From Thermoanaerobaculia bacterium (GTDB lineage Bacteria; Acidobacteriota; Thermoanaerobaculia; UBA5066), in NCBI GenBank assembly GCA_963719225.1, contig CAVRAY010000001.1, positions 3,680,001 to 3,744,000 on the forward strand: a stretch of 64,000 bases of DNA, given 5' to 3'. The notes below the pieces were generated by a model. That model did not search any database, was not told the DNA's origin, and saw only the letters and a program-made list of their open reading frames with translations. This document shows positions 57,043-64,000 of this stretch, piece after piece (position 1 is the stretch's first letter; every line of letters begins with the position of its first letter). The translations under genes were made by a program, and so were the position numbers.

Positions 57043-58386
57043 ATGGCTTCCATCCAGACCGCTCCCTGCTGCAGCGCCTGCGGGTCGAACGCCCCGGCCG
57101 CACCTCCCCGTAACCTCCTCCCCTTCTTCGTGCTGACCGCCCTCGCCCTCGCTGTCACATTGGGGGTCTCGACGGGCGGCTGGGCGATCTGGCAGATGGC
57201 CTTCGCCACGGGCACGGTCCTGCCGTCCCATCTCCAGCTCCACGCGCACGTCCAGCTCCTCGGGTTCGCCGGCCTCTTCATCCTCGGCGTCGCGCTCCAC
57301 GCCCTGCCGCGCATCCTGGGAGCCGCCCCGCCATCCCGAAGGGTGCTTCTGGCCGTGCTTCTGGGCCTCGGCGGCGGCGCCCTGCTGCGCGCGTTCGGCC
57401 AGCCGCTCGCGCCCTGGGCGGGCGGTCGATTCCTTTCGCTTCTCTCGGGTGCATTCGAGCTTGCCGGAGTCTTCGCGTTCCTCGCGTGGGCGCTGCCGGT
57501 CCTCGCCGTGCGCCGCTCCTTCGGCGACCCGCTCTCGTTCCATGTCCTGCTCGGATCCTTCTGGGCCGCGCTCGCCGCCGTACTCTCCGGCGCGCAGTCG
57601 ATCTTCCTCGCGGGCCATGCGGAAGCCGAAATGCCGGGCGCTCTCGTCGAGCCCTTCTATGCAGTCGCTCTCTACGGACTCGTCCTCTCGTTCGTGCTCG
57701 GGTTCGGCTCGAGAATGGTGCCGGCATTCCTCGGGCTTCCCCGGCCCACGCCGAAGAGCGCGCGTCCCGTCGCCGGTCTCCAGGCGACGGGCGTCCTGCT
57801 CCTCGCGGCCGCGTGGATCCCCGGCCTGACGCCTCAGGTGTCGCGCGGCCTCGTGCTCGGAGGAACGCTTTTCCTGGCGTCGGCGGTGGTCCTCTTTCTC
57901 GCGGCAGCCCGGATCTTCGCGCCGTTCTCCAAGGCTCCCGGAGCGCTCTCCTTGCGCGCGCCGTTCGCCTTTCTCGGGCTCTTCGCGGCGATCTCCGTCG
58001 CGGCCGGGATCGGCGAGCTCTCCGGGGTGTCAGTGCACAAATTCGTGTGGGACGGCGCGCGGCACGTCTACACGATCGGGTTCCTCACCCTTCTCGTCGT
58101 CGGCATGAGCCTGCGCGTGGTCCCGGCCTTCACGGGGAAGGCGCTCGTGCGTCCCCGGCAGGCGCGTCTCGCGCTCGCCTTCGTGGGCGCCGCGGCCTTC
58201 GTCCGCGCGCTGCAGATCCCGGTCGCGATCGGCTGGGGCGGCCTGCCTCTCTACCGGCTCGTCGGCACGACGGGCGTGTTCGCGACGGTGGGGCTGCTCC
58301 TGTGGGCTCACGTCCTCGTCGGGACGCTCAGGCCGAGGGCGAAAGCCGCCGCTTCGCTCGTCTTGCCGGCGCGTGCGCCCGCCTGA
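57043..58386 (+). CDS. nnrS: NnrS-family membrane protein
   Basis: About 12 hydrophobic segments; HAHVQLLGF..ILG, SRMVPAF, ARHVYTIGF..VGMSLRVVPAF. Confidence 0.7.
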   Translation: MASIQTAPCCSACGSNAPAAPPRNLLPFFVLTALALAVTLGVSTGGWAIWQMAFATGTVLPSHLQLHAHVQLLGFAGLFILGVALHALPRILGAAPPSRRVLLAVLLGLGGGALLRAFGQPLAPWAGGRFLSLLSGAFELAGVFAFLAWALPVLAVRRSFGDPLSFHVLLGSFWAALAAVLSGAQSIFLAGHAEAEMPGALVEPFYAVALYGLVLSFVLGFGSRMVPAFLGLPRPTPKSARPVAGLQATGVLLLAAAWIPGLTPQVSRGLVLGGTLFLASAVVLFLAAARIFAPFSKAPGALSLRAPFAFLGLFAAISVAAGIGELSGVSVHKFVWDGARHVYTIGFLTLLVVGMSLRVVPAFTGKALVRPRQARLALAFVGAAAFVRALQIPVAIGWGGLPLYRLVGTTGVFATVGLLLWAHVLVGTLRPRAKAAASLVLPARAPA

Positions 58387-58400
58387 CGCCCGGAGCGCTC

Positions 58401-58604
58401 CTAGCCCTTGAAGCGCTTGCGGCGCGGGAGCATGTCGTTGATCTCGCGAAGCGCCATCTCGAAGCCCTTCGTCACGCCCTCGGGCTCCTCGCCGCGCTGG
58501 ACCTTCATCGTGTATTCGTCCCTCAGGCGCGCCAGGCGATGGCCGAGCGCCCACAGGATCGTTTCGACGGCCTTTTGCTCGCCCTCGGATCTCTGTTTCG
58601 ACAT
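58401..58604 (-). CDS. Small helical hypothetical protein (67 aa)
   Basis: MSKQRSEGEQKAVETILWALGHRL..; typical codon usage; fills the gap; CAGAAT-N7-ATG. Confidence 0.65.
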   Translation of the reverse strand: MSKQRSEGEQKAVETILWALGHRLARLRDEYTMKVQRGEEPEGVTKGFEMALREINDMLPRRKRFKG

Positions 58605-58631
58605 GCGCGCCATTCTGGACCAGGATGCGTC

Positions 58632-59369
58632 ATGCCCCTCCGCGTCGTTCTCGTGAGGACGCACAACCCCGGCAATCTCGGGGCGGCGGCGCGGGCCGCG
58701 AAGAACTTTGGAGCAGAGATTTCTTTGCTCCGACCGCGCACCCGTCTCGATCATCCCGATGCCGTGGCTTTCGCGTCCGGCGCGGAAGATTTTCTTAGAA
58801 GGGTGAATGTCGTCCCGGCGTGGGGCGACCTGCTCGCCTCTCGAGACACCCTGGTCGCCCTTTCGTCGCTGCGCGGCCGGGTCCCGCGCGGGCTGCCGCC
58901 TCCCACGACTTTCGAAGAAGTCTCCTCCTCTCTTCGCCGCGGCCGGCGCGTCGCGCTCGTGTTCGGGCCCGAGCGCGGCGGGCTCACGACGGAGGAGCTG
59001 CGGCTCTGCGACGCGCGCCTCCGGATCGAAACACGCGACGAGTTTCCAACGCTCAACCTGGCACAGTCAGTGGCGATCACTCTCGCGTCTTTATTCCCTT
59101 TCGAAGCACCGCGCCGAAGGCGCGGAACCACCGGTGCGAAGAGAGAGGTGGCAACCGCAAAGGAAATCCGCCGCCTCCTGGCCTCTTTCAAAGAGACTCT
59201 CTCTTCGGCGGGTTACCCGGGCCGGGGCCACTCGAAGGAGGTCGTGGCGGAGCTCGAGTCTTACCTGCGCCGCGGAATGCCGACTTCCCGTGAAGTCACG
59301 CTGCTTCTCGGCGCTCTCGCGGCCGTGAGCCGCGCGCTCGGCGTCGACCGTTCGAAACGCCGGAGCTGA
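58632..59369 (+). CDS. SPOUT RNA methyltransferase (TrmJ/TrmH family)
   Basis: RVVLVRTHNPGNLGAAARAAKNFG, ASGA, ALVFGPERGGLTTEEL, LNLAQSV. Confidence 0.9.
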   Translation: MPLRVVLVRTHNPGNLGAAARAAKNFGAEISLLRPRTRLDHPDAVAFASGAEDFLRRVNVVPAWGDLLASRDTLVALSSLRGRVPRGLPPPTTFEEVSSSLRRGRRVALVFGPERGGLTTEELRLCDARLRIETRDEFPTLNLAQSVAITLASLFPFEAPRRRRGTTGAKREVATAKEIRRLLASFKETLSSAGYPGRGHSKEVVAELESYLRRGMPTSREVTLLLGALAAVSRALGVDRSKRRS

Positions 59370-59393
59370 ATCGCCGCGGCGTAGCCTCCCTAG

Positions 59394-60722
59394 CAGGCTG
59401 CTGAAGAAAGGGCTCTTTTTCAAAGGAGCTTGAGCGGGAGAAGACACGTCAAGCTGAAAGAGGGGATTGCTTCGAGAGAGTGAGTCCGTGCTGCTCGCCT
59501 TTTTCGGCCCGCTTCGGTCGCACCGAGGGGCGCTTCAGGGGGAATCAGGCGGTCGAGGACTCCATTCGCGCCATTCGGACGAGGTTGTAGGCCGTCATCA
59601 CGCTGAGGACGTGAGCCGCCACGCGGGCGAGTCCTCGGAAGCGCGTCTTGGCCAGGCCTCCGATGGTCTTACTCCAGCCGAAGATTTCTTCGACGCGCTT
59701 CCTGATTCGCTGGCTCACGGCGTAGCCCGCGTGTCTCGTCGTCCTTCGGTCGATGGCGCTGCGCCTGTTGGTGGTGTTCTGGGCCACGTGGGGCGTGACG
59801 CCTCTCTCTCGGAGCCTTTCGATGAAATCCCTCGTGTCGTAGCCCTTGTCGCCGGCCAGCGTGATGCGCTTGTCCGAGCCCAGCTCGTCGACCATGCCCA
59901 GTGCGGCCGACCTCTCCCCGTAGCCGTCGGCCGTCGTTACGCGCGCCTTCACGCACAGTCCGTTTCTGTTCTCCATCAAGACGTGGCCGAGGTAGCACAG
60001 CTGCGAAGGCTGGCCGTCTCCCTTCTTGTAGAGCTTGGCGTCGGGATCGGTCGTCGAGGCGTGCGTGTCGTTGCGCCTCTTCTGGCCGCGAAAGTCGACA
60101 TCGGCGTTGCGGCCGCCAGGAGCTGGCGGCTCATCGCCGCCCTTACCGTCCTTGTCCTTCCGGGGCTGGAAGCTCTTCAAGGAGGCGTTCGCTTCGATCA
60201 GCGTGCCGTCCACGGTGAAGTGCTCGTCCGAGAGAAGAAACTTCTTGCGGGCCTGTGCGACGACTTCCGAGAAGAACTCCTCGAAGACCTCGGCCTCCAA
60301 CAGTCTCTGGCGGTTCTTCGAGAAGGTCGTCGGATCGAAGGCCGGTGCAAGCCCCGGCATGTCCAGGAACCAGCGGAAGAGAAAGTCGTACCCGAGCCGC
60401 TCGCAGAAGAGCCGCTCGCTTCTCACGCTGTACAGCGCGATGAGGATCTGCGCCTTGAGAAGCATCTCGGGCGGAATCGATGGACGCCCTCGCTCCGAGT
60501 ACAGCCTGGCGAGCTTGGGCTCGAGACGCCTGAGCGCTTCGTCTGCAAGCGCCTTCACCTTGCGGATCGGGTGGTCCCGCGGCACGAGCTCCTCGGGCGT
60601 CATCGTCACGACAAGATCGACCTGCTTTTCGTTGTCTCCACGCATGCACACCAAGGTGCAGCCGCATCGCGCAGCAGTCAATGCCTCGCCGCGATTTTCA
60701 GGAGCCCTTTTTCAGCAGCCTG
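59394..60722 (-). mobile_element. IS5-family insertion sequence, 1329 bp, CTAG target duplication
   Basis: Ends CAGGCTGCTGAAGAAAGGGCTC and (reverse complement) CAGGCTGCTGAAAAAGGGCTC; CTAG at 59390-59393 and 60723-60726. Confidence 0.93.
59545..60645 (-). CDS. IS5-family DDE transposase
   Basis: VPRDHPIR, GRPSIPPE, YSVRSER, FTVDGTLIEA, TTDPDA, DKGYD, RKRVEEIFGW, AYNLVRM. Confidence 0.94.
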   Translation of the reverse strand: MRGDNEKQVDLVVTMTPEELVPRDHPIRKVKALADEALRRLEPKLARLYSERGRPSIPPEMLLKAQILIALYSVRSERLFCERLGYDFLFRWFLDMPGLAPAFDPTTFSKNRQRLLEAEVFEEFFSEVVAQARKKFLLSDEHFTVDGTLIEANASLKSFQPRKDKDGKGGDEPPAPGGRNADVDFRGQKRRNDTHASTTDPDAKLYKKGDGQPSQLCYLGHVLMENRNGLCVKARVTTADGYGERSAALGMVDELGSDKRITLAGDKGYDTRDFIERLRERGVTPHVAQNTTNRRSAIDRRTTRHAGYAVSQRIRKRVEEIFGWSKTIGGLAKTRFRGLARVAAHVLSVMTAYNLVRMARMESSTA

Positions 60723-63844
<3,122 letters not shown>

Positions 63845-63886
63845 GGCCGACGAATTCTATGGCTCGGCGTCCTGTACCATCTCCCG

Positions 63887-64000
63887 ATGCCGGATGCCGC
63901 GTCCGCCCCGGGAGCGCCGCACGAGCTTCGGCGCACCCTCGGCCTCTGGAGCGCCGTCGCCGTCGTCATCGGCTCCACGATCGGCTCCGGAATCTTCCGC
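63887..64000 (+). CDS. APC-family amino acid permease, truncated at window edge
   Basis: Manual translation MPDAASAPGAPHELRRTLGLWSAVAVVIGSTIGSGIFR. Confidence 0.85.
   Translation, partial: MPDAASAPGAPHELRRTLGLWSAVAVVIGSTIGSGIFR

Overview
A GC-rich bacterial chromosomal segment, densely coding at about 60 genes. An Acidobacteriota-like host is an inference from gene content. I saw no rRNA, tRNA or CRISPR array. Main blocks: (1) a PAS-kinase / receiver / sigma54-activator signalling cluster with a sigma54-driven PAS-LuxR gene; (2) two exported DUF1501 modules, one with a DUF1800 partner and one with a heme-c DUF1549/1553 partner, plus a secreted PKD-cupredoxin protein; (3) a Csu-type chaperone-usher pilus operon with a clear sigma54 promoter; (4) two Ser/Thr kinases, one fused to a receiver domain and one frameshifted; (5) a sugar-phosphate-utilization (SPU)-type bacterial microcompartment locus with an RpiB-DeoC fusion carrying a Cys-rich insert, bracketed by two PIN toxin-antitoxin pairs; (6) aroF-carA, a MeaB-methylmalonyl-CoA epimerase fusion and an M43 protease; (7) a candidate nitric-oxide stress cluster (globin, Crp/Fnr, non-canonical radical SAM, NnrS with an FNR-like box); (8) an intact IS5-family element inserted at the stop codon of a type II topoisomerase B gene. 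Non-gene signals include pervasive leaderless TANNNT-N6-start promoters, very compact divergent promoters, and an identical AT-rich 20-mer inside two unrelated genes. All family calls come from reading motifs by eye; no database searches were run.
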